Source: Elusimicrobiota bacterium
Lineage (GTDB): Bacteria > CG03 > SLGR01 > JAGXOG01
Reading direction: 5' to 3'
DNA length: 64,000 bases
Assembly (NCBI GenBank): GCA_051745145.1
Contig: JBNJDT010000002.1
Span: 32,602-96,601 of the forward strand
Below the pieces are notes generated by a model. It searched no databases and was not told the DNA's origin. It saw nothing but the letters and a program-made list of their open reading frames with translations. Position 1 is the stretch's first letter. Every line of letters begins with the position of its first letter. Made by a program: the position numbers and the translations under genes. Below are positions 53,262 to 63,201 of this stretch, in pieces.

Positions 53262-53649
53262 TAGCCAGGTTTTTGATTCCCGTCTGCCGGGCTATATCCA
53301 GAGCTCTAACTACCTTGCTATGGAAGACCTGTCTGTCCGCCCTTATAATAAGAAGTTTATCCGGCTTCCCGGCATAAGCATTTCTTAAAATTCTTTCAAG
53401 GGTATCAAAGCTGACTGAATCCTCGTCCAGAAGCAGCTTTCCCTCTTCTGTAATAGTAAGCACGTGTTTCTCCCGGGCCTGTTCTTCGGCAGTCACAGCC
53501 CTGGGCAGTTCCACGTCGATTCCGGGTTCGAGAACAAAAGCCGAAGTAAGCATAAAAAAGATTAAAAGAAGAAATACTATGTCGGCCATCGGGGCCATAT
53601 TAGTAAAAAACTCCCTTTGTTCTTCTTTATTTTTAAATCTGTCAAACAT
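53239..53649 (-). CDS. exbD: ExbD/TolR
   Basis: APMADIVFLLLIFFML, IRAD. Confidence 0.93.
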   Translation of the reverse strand: MFDRFKNKEEQREFFTNMAPMADIVFLLLIFFMLTSAFVLEPGIDVELPRAVTAEEQAREKHVLTITEEGKLLLDEDSVSFDTLERILRNAYAGKPDKLLIIRADRQVFHSKVVRALDIARQTGIKNLAIATDKID

Positions 53650-54253
53650 TATCTTTCTCCAGCATTACATCCATTATATTTCTGGATATTTTATCGACCT
53701 CCAAGACAATATTTTCTACTCTGTGTGAAAAATAATGGTAAAATATTAATGCCGGAATCGCTATTATCAGCCCCGTAGCCGTGGAAGTAAGGGCCTCGGC
53801 TATTCCGCCGGCCACTATTCCCGGAGAGGTAGTTCCGGCCTGGGATATATCATTGAATGCCTTGATCATCCCCAGTACCGTTCCCGTAAAACCTATAAGA
53901 GTAGATACGCTTCCTATAGTATTTAAAGCCGGTAGATATTTTTCCAACAGGGGAATTTCTATTAACGCCTCTCTTTCAAAAGCTTCCTCGATTTCTTCGG
54001 GCCCCCGGCCGTATTTTTGGAGACCGGCAATTAAGATATTGGCAATAGGTCCCCCAATCTCCTCGCTGTAGGCAATAGCCTCCTTAGGACTGGAAGATCT
54101 CAATTTATCCTTGACCTTAACATAAAGATCCTCCTCATCAACTTCAATCTTTTTAAAAAAATAAAACCTGTTTATTACTATGGCTACTACAAGTATAGAA
54201 CTTATCAAAAGCGGATACATCATTATTCCGCCCTGAGCTATAAAATCTAACAT
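53642..54253 (-). CDS. exbB: ExbB/TolQ/MotA proton channel
   Basis: IGFTGTVLGMI, GGIAEAL.STA.GL.IAIP. Confidence 0.94.
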   Translation of the reverse strand: MLDFIAQGGIMMYPLLISSILVVAIVINRFYFFKKIEVDEEDLYVKVKDKLRSSSPKEAIAYSEEIGGPIANILIAGLQKYGRGPEEIEEAFEREALIEIPLLEKYLPALNTIGSVSTLIGFTGTVLGMIKAFNDISQAGTTSPGIVAGGIAEALTSTATGLIIAIPALIFYHYFSHRVENIVLEVDKISRNIMDVMLEKDNV

Positions 54254-54319
54254 TTCTTACTCCTCCTCTGAATAATTTCTCAATATTTTTAACACTTTAA
54301 TTATTACGCTTTACTTACC

Positions 54320-55789
54320 CTACATTTTATAAGTTAATATTATATACATCCGGGCTTTACTTTCTTCAAAACTGACCGGGGGTACTACAGATTCAGAAAA
54401 AATATTTTGAGCTCCGCCCCTAATTCTCATGTTTTTATTTAAATTATATATGAGTTCCAGATTCACATCTACAAATGAAGACACCGGTTCGCTGTCCGTT
54501 CCCCCAGAATTCAGCCACCGGTCATGTTCTCCGGTGTATTTTACAAAAACTCTCCCCAGCAGGTTATCAAAATATACCTTATTTTCAACCTCTGCGAAAA
54601 AACTGTTGTAAAGATAAGGGAGCTTATCCGGACTGTCTCTATAAATATATCCCATATTTGTATGCGGCAATTTAAGAGACAGTTTATTTCTGAGAATTTT
54701 TTGATTTTTATCAAGGTTTACCGGGAAATATCCGTCCCCAGTCCGGTAAAATGTTAAATAATTATCTACAGTTTTATATTCCGTTTCTAAATTTGCGCTT
54801 ACATTATCGTAAATTTTACGGGACAAACTAAAACCCAAAGCATTATTAGTTTCAAACTCCCTTATACCATTCAATAAAAGCTGGGGATATTTATTATGTA
54901 AAGTGTATATATTACTGCGAGATACTTCTCTTTTTAAATAAAATGAATAAGAGGTACTGGAAATACTGCCGGATATCCGGCCGCCACCCGTAATTTCGGA
55001 ATTAAAAAAATTATTAAATCCGGCCCATAATCTAAAAGAAAAATCTTTAAACAGAGTATTTATATACCCCGTCTTTACATCGGTTCCCCATTTTGTATTT
55101 TTATCCACAGCTATCCGAAAAATATCGCCTTTCAGATATAACCATTGATTGTATTTAAGGGGGTAATCACTGTCCACCGAAGCGTTAAATTCGTCTGCCG
55201 GCACACCGTCTATTTTAAAACCGGTATAGGACAACCGGGGCGATAAACTGACAGTCCGCCATTCTGTTTGTGCATTCGAATACAACTTAAATAAATTTTT
55301 ATCAAAATTCGAACGGGAAGTCATTCCATCAAATCCCGCGGTTAATTTAGTTGTTTCCCAGTCCCGGGTTGCCGAAAAGCTGCCCCGCCGGGAAGAATTG
55401 TCGTATTTTCCCTTTATAAAACTATTATTACGGGCTGTAATTTGATAATTATAAGCCCAGTTCCCAAAATTAAAGTTATTTCCCGCTGCATTAAAATAAT
55501 ATTCTCCGTTGATGCCGTACCCACCGCCAAGCAATAGAGCTTTCCTGCGATTTAAAAAATCATATTTGGCGTCCAGCTTTTCCGGGTAAGGAACAGTATA
55601 ACGGGGAATAAATTGGTCTTTATTTAAATATGGCGCGGGTAGTTTTTCGGACTCGTACAGTCCAATTACATCAGCTCTGTCCTCCCCCCATACATAAAGA
55701 TCCTCTAAATCCAAAGACACATCATCCGCCGCCAGCCCGGAGGGGACCAGACTGGTTAAAATTACTGTTAGAGCTAAAAAAAATCTCAT
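54320..55789 (-). CDS. Outer-membrane beta-barrel protein, TBDR-like C-terminus, no recognisable plug
   Basis: Signal peptide, amphipathic aromatic-rich strands, FVDVNL...G.QNIF and terminal strand YIILTYKM. Confidence 0.7.
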   Translation of the reverse strand: MRFFLALTVILTSLVPSGLAADDVSLDLEDLYVWGEDRADVIGLYESEKLPAPYLNKDQFIPRYTVPYPEKLDAKYDFLNRRKALLLGGGYGINGEYYFNAAGNNFNFGNWAYNYQITARNNSFIKGKYDNSSRRGSFSATRDWETTKLTAGFDGMTSRSNFDKNLFKLYSNAQTEWRTVSLSPRLSYTGFKIDGVPADEFNASVDSDYPLKYNQWLYLKGDIFRIAVDKNTKWGTDVKTGYINTLFKDFSFRLWAGFNNFFNSEITGGGRISGSISSTSYSFYLKREVSRSNIYTLHNKYPQLLLNGIREFETNNALGFSLSRKIYDNVSANLETEYKTVDNYLTFYRTGDGYFPVNLDKNQKILRNKLSLKLPHTNMGYIYRDSPDKLPYLYNSFFAEVENKVYFDNLLGRVFVKYTGEHDRWLNSGGTDSEPVSSFVDVNLELIYNLNKNMRIRGGAQNIFSESVVPPVSFEESKARMYIILTYKM

Positions 55790-55802
55790 CCCTATCTATT
55801 AA

Positions 55803-58688
55803 CTATTCTTCCTCTATTTCCTTAATTTTATCTTCAGCTCTTTCTTTCCAGTCCGTATCCGGATAATCTTCGATAACTCTTCTGTAATTTTTTAAAGCGG
55901 TACTGTATTTCTCTTCCAGTTGCTTGGATCTTGCAGCCATATACCTGGCTTCGGCGGCAACATCTTTAAAATCTTTGTAAGTATACGGTACCTTTAAATA
56001 TTCTATTGTCGCTTTGTTATAATCTTTACGGGTAAAATATATATCCCCTATTCTTTTTTGCGCTCTGGCTCCAATCAGAGCACTGGAGATGCGAGACACT
56101 TCCTCATACTTTTCAAGAGCCTCATCATAATCTCCGCTGTCCTGGGCTTTTTCCCCTTCGTCAAAAACAACCCGGACAGCTGCATCGGATTCGGGATGTT
56201 CTTCTTTTAATTTTTCCAAATACCTTTCGGACTCTTCGGGCTGTTCTAATTCCCTGTAAATCTGAGCAATATTATATAAAGCTCTGGGAACAAAACTGGA
56301 ATCTGAGGAAATATCCAGGATTTTCTCATACTGTTTTATAGCCATCTCCAATTTATTCATATCATAATATATATCCCCCTTCCGGTAATGAATTTCATCT
56401 ATCATTTCGTAGTCGGGATATTTTTCCACCAGTAAATTAAATGTTTCCAGCGCCCGGTCATTATTGCCCGCTCTGTAACTGCTCCAGCCCAGCCAGTATA
56501 GCGCCTCTTTATGAGTATCTTCGGATAAATCTCTTTTTAAAAGATTCTCATAGACCTGCACGGCCTGTTTATATTTTTCCTGTTCAAAATAGAAACTGCC
56601 CATCCTGTAATAGACATCTTCAGACAATTCGGAATCGGGATATTTTTCCAAAAATTCCCGGTATGTCTCTATTGCCTTTTCTGTTCGGCCGGTAGTATGA
56701 TAACTCCACCCTATATTGTAATAGGCGTTCACTGCCGATTTTGTCTCAGGATAATTGTCCACCACCTGCTGATATTTTTCAATGGCTGTATCGTAATTTT
56801 CGCGATTATATAAAGTATCTCCGACTCTCAGTAAGGAATCGGCCGCTAATTCATGGTCCGGATATTCTTCAAAAATTTGAGAAAACTTATCCTCAGCTTT
56901 CTTTAATTCTTTTAATTTAAAATTACTCCAGCCTTCATAATACAGAGCCCGGACAAAATAATCGCTGTCCGAATACCTATCCGTTAAATTACTCATAGTA
57001 TCCCGGGCTTTTTGATATTCATCGGCTTTATAGTAAGAGTATCCTATCTGGAAAAGAACAGCCGGATTTTCATCCAGCTTTTTATATTCATTAATTGCCT
57101 GATCATAATTTTTTACCTGCAAAAGACAGTTACCTATACCCATGCGGGCACTTTCTTTTATATGTTCTACATTTATATCCCGAACTATTTTCCGGTAGAG
57201 ATCCTCAGCTTCCCTGTATTTTTTTTCTTCATAAAAGGTATTAGCTTTTCCCAGATAAGCGTCAGGATATACAGAACTTTTCGAAAATTCATCTAATATT
57301 TTCTGAAAGTGGTCCCTGGCCACTGAATAGTGTTCTTCTTCAAATCTTGCCCTGCCCATTAAATAGTAGGCATCGGGTATGAGTATATGATCGGGATATT
57401 TTTCAGTAAACTGCTGTAATATCTTCAAGGACTCTCCGGATTTTTCCAGTTTAAAAGCCGCCATGCCTTTCCAGTATAAAGCCCGGGGGGCATACTGAGA
57501 ACGAGGATAAAATTTTGTCACTCTTTCATATTCTTTTATAGCCTGCTTAAAGTTTTCAGCATAATAATAAGAATGAGCAATGAGAAACTGGGCCGAGGAG
57601 ACTTTATCAGATCGGGAGTATTTATCTAAAAATTCGGTAAATTTTCTGGCTGCGGCAGTATAATTCTCAGTTTTGAATTTCCCCCATCCCATAGAATAAA
57701 AAGCTGATTCTGCTTTTGCCGTATTTGGGTATTTATCTACCAGTTTTTCCCAGCTTTTTTCAGCAAGCGCATATTTTTCTTCCCGGTAATAACTTTCCCC
57801 GGTCTGATAGAAAGCGTCAATTTTAAGATTTTTCGGTGCATCCTTCGCATCTATTACTTTAGCGTACTGCTTGCGGGCCCTGTCAAAGTCACCCTCATCC
57901 ATATAACATTCCCCCTTGTTAAAGATTGCCTTATAGTAATATTTAGTTTCGGGGCCCCTCTCAACAATTTTAGAAAATTTATTTATAGCCTCCCTGTAAT
58001 TATCAAGATTCTTGTGGGTCAAAGCGGTGTAATATAAAGCTTCAGACTCTACTTCTTCGGGAATACTATTACCGGTTAAATTCTCAAAAACTTTTAAAGC
58101 GTCTTCGTAATTTTTCTCATGGTAATAACATAATCCCACCGAAAGACGGGCATAAGAGATATAAGAACTATCCGGATACTTTTCTATAAAGGCCTCATAT
58201 GTAGAACGGGCATTTTGGTATTCCTTAAGCTGGAATTCACTTTCAGCTGTAAAATACAGGGCATCTTCTACATACTCAGAATTACTGTATTTATCCGCAA
58301 AGTTAGTATAAATGGCTTTGGCCTCCCTGTATTTTCCGGCATAAAACCGGGCATCCCCCATTAAAATATAGGCTTCCATTACATCTAAAGAAGGAGTATA
58401 ATTTACTGTAACGTTTCTGAATATTTCAAACGCTTTGTCATAGTTCCCTTTGTTGAACAAAGACTTACCCAAAAATATTTTGGCCTCTTTGACATACCGT
58501 CCCTTCGGATATTTATCAAGATATTCTCTGAAACTCTGGCCGGCAATATCAAACATATTCTCTGAATAAGACTGCATGGCAAAGCGATACAGATCCCGCT
58601 GGGTATCCTGCCCGGCGGGGACGCCGTATAACCTACCGGTAAGAAGCGCTATAAAGACAGATATTATTATTATTTTAAATTTATTCAT
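55803..58688 (-). CDS. Large exported TPR protein (BamD/CpoB-like repeats)
   Basis: Signal peptide followed by >20 repeats of type A.Y..G..YY....Y..A...F......YP.S. Confidence 0.92.
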   Translation of the reverse strand: MNKFKIIIISVFIALLTGRLYGVPAGQDTQRDLYRFAMQSYSENMFDIAGQSFREYLDKYPKGRYVKEAKIFLGKSLFNKGNYDKAFEIFRNVTVNYTPSLDVMEAYILMGDARFYAGKYREAKAIYTNFADKYSNSEYVEDALYFTAESEFQLKEYQNARSTYEAFIEKYPDSSYISYARLSVGLCYYHEKNYEDALKVFENLTGNSIPEEVESEALYYTALTHKNLDNYREAINKFSKIVERGPETKYYYKAIFNKGECYMDEGDFDRARKQYAKVIDAKDAPKNLKIDAFYQTGESYYREEKYALAEKSWEKLVDKYPNTAKAESAFYSMGWGKFKTENYTAAARKFTEFLDKYSRSDKVSSAQFLIAHSYYYAENFKQAIKEYERVTKFYPRSQYAPRALYWKGMAAFKLEKSGESLKILQQFTEKYPDHILIPDAYYLMGRARFEEEHYSVARDHFQKILDEFSKSSVYPDAYLGKANTFYEEKKYREAEDLYRKIVRDINVEHIKESARMGIGNCLLQVKNYDQAINEYKKLDENPAVLFQIGYSYYKADEYQKARDTMSNLTDRYSDSDYFVRALYYEGWSNFKLKELKKAEDKFSQIFEEYPDHELAADSLLRVGDTLYNRENYDTAIEKYQQVVDNYPETKSAVNAYYNIGWSYHTTGRTEKAIETYREFLEKYPDSELSEDVYYRMGSFYFEQEKYKQAVQVYENLLKRDLSEDTHKEALYWLGWSSYRAGNNDRALETFNLLVEKYPDYEMIDEIHYRKGDIYYDMNKLEMAIKQYEKILDISSDSSFVPRALYNIAQIYRELEQPEESERYLEKLKEEHPESDAAVRVVFDEGEKAQDSGDYDEALEKYEEVSRISSALIGARAQKRIGDIYFTRKDYNKATIEYLKVPYTYKDFKDVAAEARYMAARSKQLEEKYSTALKNYRRVIEDYPDTDWKERAEDKIKEIEEE

Positions 58689-58690
58689 TT

Positions 58691-61579
58691 TTAATGTTTT
58701 TTCATATACTTTTTTAAAAATTCCCCTGTATAACTATCCTTTGATTTTATCAACTTTGCTGGTTTTCCGCAAACCACTACTTCGCCGCCGTCCTCTCCTC
58801 CTTCCGGCCCCAGATCCACTATCCAGTCGGCATTCTTTATCACATCCATGTTGTGTTCTATCAAAACTACAGTATTTCCCTTATCTACTAAAGAATGGAG
58901 CACGGAAAGCAGGTATTTTATATCATCCGGATGAAGTCCGGTGGTCGGTTCATCCAGTATGTAAAGGGTATCCCCCCGGCTTCTTTTAGCAAGTTCCCGG
59001 GCCAGTTTTATCCTCTGGGCCTCTCCGCCCGATAAAGTAGTTGAGGGCTGGCCCAGTTTTATATATCCCAGCCCCACATCTTTTAAGGTCTTTAAAATTT
59101 TAGTTACCCGGTTAAAATTTGAAAAAAATTCCAGAGCCTCTTCAACGGTCATTTCCAGAACTTCATAAATATTTTTACCTTTGTATTTAACTTCTAACGT
59201 ACCCTCGGTATATTTTCGGCCGTTGCATACCTCACAGGGTACATACACATCGGGCAAAAACTGCATTTCCAGTTTAATCTGTCCCTGACCTTTGCATTTT
59301 GAACAGGTGCCTTCTTTGACGTTAAAAGAAAACCGTCCTTTTTCATAACCTCTCACCTTACTTAAAGGCAGGCCGGCAAAAAGCTCTCTTATGGGAGTGA
59401 ATACTTTAGTATAGGTCGCCGGATTGGACCGGGGAGTACGGCCTATGGGGGTCTGATCTATATTTATAACTTTTTCAAAATTTTCAGAGTCCTGCAGGTT
59501 ATCGAAACTGCCGGGCCGTACATCGGAATTGGAATACAATTTTCTCTTCATAGCTTTATAGAGTATCTCTTCTACAAGAGTACTCTTTCCCGAGCCCGAT
59601 ACCCCGGTGACGCAGTTAAACAGTCCGGCTTTAAACTCAACGTCAATATTTTTTAAATTAAACTGCCTGCAACCTTCCAGTTTAATATTCTTTTTACCGG
59701 GACTTCTTCTTTTCTGGGGCAGCGGAACTTTTTCTTCCCCGGTAAAATACCGGGAAGTGAGCGATTCACTGCAATCTGTAAATTTACTTTTTTTGCCGGA
59801 AAAAACTACTCTTCCCCCGTGAACTCCGGCGGCCGGGCCTAAATCAAGTACATAGTCGGCAATTTCTATAGTCTGGGAGTCGTGTTCTACAACCAGAACA
59901 GTATTCCCTATTTCCTGTAAACTTTTAAGTGACTTTAACAACCTCTTTGTGTCTCTTGCATGCAAACCCACCGTGGGCTCATCAAGAATATAGGCCACCC
60001 CCACAAGTGAAGAACCGATCTGGGTGGCCAGTCTTATTCTCTCATTTTCTCCGGAAGAAAGGGTGTTTGCTTTCCGGTCCAAAGATATGTAATCCACTCC
60101 CACGTCCACTAAAAATCTGGTCCGGGAAGTTAATTCTTCCAAAATTTTCTCTCCCACCGTCTTCTCAAAACCGGACAGTTTAATATTATCAAAAAATTTT
60201 ACCAGTTTTTTTACCGGCAACTTTACAAGTTCAGCTATATTTTTGCCGTCCACTGTAACAGCCAACGACTCTTTCTTTAATCTGGTCCCCTTACACACCG
60301 GACACCTGGCCTCTCTCATATATTTTTCCTGTATCTTTTTTCTGACATAGTCGGAATCGGTCTGTAAATGTCTTCTGGTAAGAACTTCCACAGCTCCTTC
60401 AAACCTGGATTTTTTAGTATACCGACGGCCTCCCCGCTGTAAGTTAAACACAAATTCCCTGTCTGAACCGAAAAGAAGAATATTCTGAATTTTTTCCGGT
60501 AATTTTTTAAATGGCGTATCTAAACTAAACCCCAACTCCTTTGAAAGAGTAACTATCATCTGTGTTCTGTATTTCCTGGCTGATTTTTTCCAGCGGTGAC
60601 GGCGGTTGGTTATGGGATCGCTCCAGGGCTCTATAGCTCCCTGATTTATAGTTAACTTATCATCCAAAACTACGAGTTCCGGATCAACCTCCAGCTTTAC
60701 TCCCAGCCCCGAACACTCCTCGCAGGCTCCGTACGGTGAATTAAAAGAAAAATTCCGAGGTTCCATTTCCCCCAGACTTATCTCACATACCGGGCAGGCA
60801 TAATGACTGGAAAAAACTTCTTTTTCCAGCTTATTACCGTTTTCACTTTCAATTTCAACGGTTCCTTCGGTCTTTTTCATAGCTATTTCAACAGAATCCG
60901 TAAGCCGTTCTTCGTTTGATTCGCTCCCTGTTATTTTAAGTCGGTCAATTATTACCCCGATTTTGTGGTTTTTTCTGCCGTCAAGATCTATCTCTTCCTC
61001 TAAAGAATAATTACTGCCGTCAATCCGGACTTTTACAAACCCCTCCCTGCGCAGTCTTTGAAAAAGTTCTTTATACTTTCCCTTGCGTCCTCTTACTACA
61101 GGAGCTATTACAGTTGTTTTGCTCCCCTCGCGTTTTTTAACAATCTGCTCTATTATTTCATCTATACTCTGGGACTCTATCTTTCTGCCGCATTTTGGAC
61201 AGTGGACTCTGCCTATGCGGGCGAATAACAGCCTGAGGTAGTCGTAAATTTCTGTAAGGGTTCCCACCGTAGACCGGGGGTTATAGCCCGGACCTTTTTG
61301 CTGTATGGCCACCGCAGGGGGGATGCCGGTTATAGAGTCGACGTCCGGTTTTTTGTTCTGCCCTAAAAACTGGCGGGCGTACGAAGAAAGAGATTCCACA
61401 TACCGACGCTGACCCTCGGAATAAATAGTATCAAAAGCCAGCGAAGATTTTCCGCTGCCCGATACGCCGGTTACCACAATAAATTTATCCCGGGGTAATT
61501 TTAGATCAATACTTTTTAAATTGTGTTCACTGGCCCCCCGTATATCTATATACTTTTTTGTCTGTCTGTTATTACTCAT
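58691..61579 (-). CDS. uvrA: Excinuclease ABC subunit A
   Basis: Two GVSGSGKS Walker A motifs, Zn fingers, LSGGEAQR, LDEPT. Confidence 0.99.
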   Translation of the reverse strand: MSNNRQTKKYIDIRGASEHNLKSIDLKLPRDKFIVVTGVSGSGKSSLAFDTIYSEGQRRYVESLSSYARQFLGQNKKPDVDSITGIPPAVAIQQKGPGYNPRSTVGTLTEIYDYLRLLFARIGRVHCPKCGRKIESQSIDEIIEQIVKKREGSKTTVIAPVVRGRKGKYKELFQRLRREGFVKVRIDGSNYSLEEEIDLDGRKNHKIGVIIDRLKITGSESNEERLTDSVEIAMKKTEGTVEIESENGNKLEKEVFSSHYACPVCEISLGEMEPRNFSFNSPYGACEECSGLGVKLEVDPELVVLDDKLTINQGAIEPWSDPITNRRHRWKKSARKYRTQMIVTLSKELGFSLDTPFKKLPEKIQNILLFGSDREFVFNLQRGGRRYTKKSRFEGAVEVLTRRHLQTDSDYVRKKIQEKYMREARCPVCKGTRLKKESLAVTVDGKNIAELVKLPVKKLVKFFDNIKLSGFEKTVGEKILEELTSRTRFLVDVGVDYISLDRKANTLSSGENERIRLATQIGSSLVGVAYILDEPTVGLHARDTKRLLKSLKSLQEIGNTVLVVEHDSQTIEIADYVLDLGPAAGVHGGRVVFSGKKSKFTDCSESLTSRYFTGEEKVPLPQKRRSPGKKNIKLEGCRQFNLKNIDVEFKAGLFNCVTGVSGSGKSTLVEEILYKAMKRKLYSNSDVRPGSFDNLQDSENFEKVINIDQTPIGRTPRSNPATYTKVFTPIRELFAGLPLSKVRGYEKGRFSFNVKEGTCSKCKGQGQIKLEMQFLPDVYVPCEVCNGRKYTEGTLEVKYKGKNIYEVLEMTVEEALEFFSNFNRVTKILKTLKDVGLGYIKLGQPSTTLSGGEAQRIKLARELAKRSRGDTLYILDEPTTGLHPDDIKYLLSVLHSLVDKGNTVVLIEHNMDVIKNADWIVDLGPEGGEDGGEVVVCGKPAKLIKSKDSYTGEFLKKYMKKH

Positions 61580-61617
61580 TTTAATTTGGATTTTTTACTA
61601 TCTGTTTATTATAACTT

Positions 61618-63201
61618 TTATTTTTTAAATGTATAGGTATTGTGAAGGTATTTATCTTTTTTATGAGGGTAATCTATATTGTAGTGCAGTCCCCTGCTTT
61701 CTTTTCTCTTTTGCGCGCTTTCTATTATAATATTAGCCACTTCCACCAGATTTCTAAGTTCTACCATGCCGGGGGTTATAAGGTAATTCCAGTAATGATA
61801 ATCAACTTCCTTTTTAATTAATTTTAACCTCTTTTGGGCTTCTTTTAATCTTCTGTCAGAGCGCACAACTCCCAGATAATTCCACATTAATACCCTGACA
61901 GACATCCAGTTATGCTCTATAAATACCTGTTCCTCGGGAAGTTTTTCGCCGGTATATTCCCAGGGAGAAGCCTCTATTAAATTGTAATTATCAATATTTT
62001 CCAGGATATTCTGGGCCGTATGGTAACCGTAAACCACAGCTTCCAGCAGGGAATTTGAAGCAAGGCGGTTGGCCCCGTGCAGCCCGGTATGGGAACTTTC
62101 CCCGATCACCAGTAACCTTTCAATATTTGTCCGCCCTCTTTTATCCACCTCAACTCCCCCGCAGCAGTAGTGAGCGGCCGGTACTACGGGAATATCGTCT
62201 TTTGTAATATCTATATCCAGAGTCTGTAACTTTTTATATATGGTAGGAAATCTTTTCTTAATAAATTCTCCCGGTCGGCGGGAGTGTATATCCAGATACA
62301 GATGTTTTGCCCCGGATTTTTTCATCTCGGTGTCAATTGCTCTGGCCACCACGTCCCGGGGAGCAAGCTCGCCGCGTTCATCGTACTTTTTCATAAATTT
62401 CTTTTTATCCGCATCCAGTAAAACCGCCCCTTCCCCGCGCATTGCTTCAGTTATTAAAAAACCGGGCTCCAGCGGAGAATAAAGACAGGTGGGGTGAAAC
62501 TGGATAAATTCCATGTTAGCTATCCTGGCCCCCACCCGGTAAGCCATAGCCATGCCGTCCCCGGTGGCCACATCGGGATTGGAAGTATATTTGTAAACTT
62601 TCCCGCACCCACCGGTAGCCAGTACTGTCATTTTTGACAAAAATCTTTTCACTTTAAGAGTCTCGTTATCCAGCACATATGCCCCCGCACATTTGTTATC
62701 CTTCCGGATAAGATTTACTGCCGTATGGTGAGAAATTATAGTTGTATTTTTAAGTTCTTTAACCCTTTCATATAACTTATCCTCAACTTCCTCACCGGTA
62801 TTATCACCGTGATGGAGAATACGTCTTTTAGAGTGGCCCCCCTCTTTTCCCAGTTCGGGTTTTACATTGCCCCCGCTAAATTTCACGCCGGATTCTTTAA
62901 GATCCTCTATCCGGTCCGGGGCTTCCTTTACCACCCTCTCTACAACTTCCTCATCACAGAGTCCGTCCCCGGCTTCCAGGGTATCCTGTATATGTTCAGT
63001 GAAAGAATCACCCGTCCCGGTTACGCAGGCAATTCCCCCCTGTGCTTTTGCGGATGCGGATTCCTTGGGAAAAGATTTGGTTACTATCACCACATCCAGT
63101 TTATCTTCCAGATACATGGCCAAAGATAAACCGGCCGCTCCGCTACCTATAATCAGTACATCCGTCTTTATATATTCTTTATTTTTTTTCTCCCCGGCCA
63201 T
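61618..63201 (-). CDS. nadB: L-aspartate oxidase
   Basis: GSGAAG, AQGGIA, EGGHS..RI, QFHPT, HGANRLASNSLLE, ESRG.H. Confidence 0.96.
   Translation of the reverse strand: MAGEKKNKEYIKTDVLIIGSGAAGLSLAMYLEDKLDVVIVTKSFPKESASAKAQGGIACVTGTGDSFTEHIQDTLEAGDGLCDEEVVERVVKEAPDRIEDLKESGVKFSGGNVKPELGKEGGHSKRRILHHGDNTGEEVEDKLYERVKELKNTTIISHHTAVNLIRKDNKCAGAYVLDNETLKVKRFLSKMTVLATGGCGKVYKYTSNPDVATGDGMAMAYRVGARIANMEFIQFHPTCLYSPLEPGFLITEAMRGEGAVLLDADKKKFMKKYDERGELAPRDVVARAIDTEMKKSGAKHLYLDIHSRRPGEFIKKRFPTIYKKLQTLDIDITKDDIPVVPAAHYCCGGVEVDKRGRTNIERLLVIGESSHTGLHGANRLASNSLLEAVVYGYHTAQNILENIDNYNLIEASPWEYTGEKLPEEQVFIEHNWMSVRVLMWNYLGVVRSDRRLKEAQKRLKLIKKEVDYHYWNYLITPGMVELRNLVEVANIIIESAQKRKESRGLHYNIDYPHKKDKYLHNTYTFKK

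Noticed and set aside
55803-58688. CRISPR-like or DNA tandem repeats
   Set aside because: Periodicity is at protein (TPR) level only; no identical direct repeats with spacers were seen here or elsewhere in the window.
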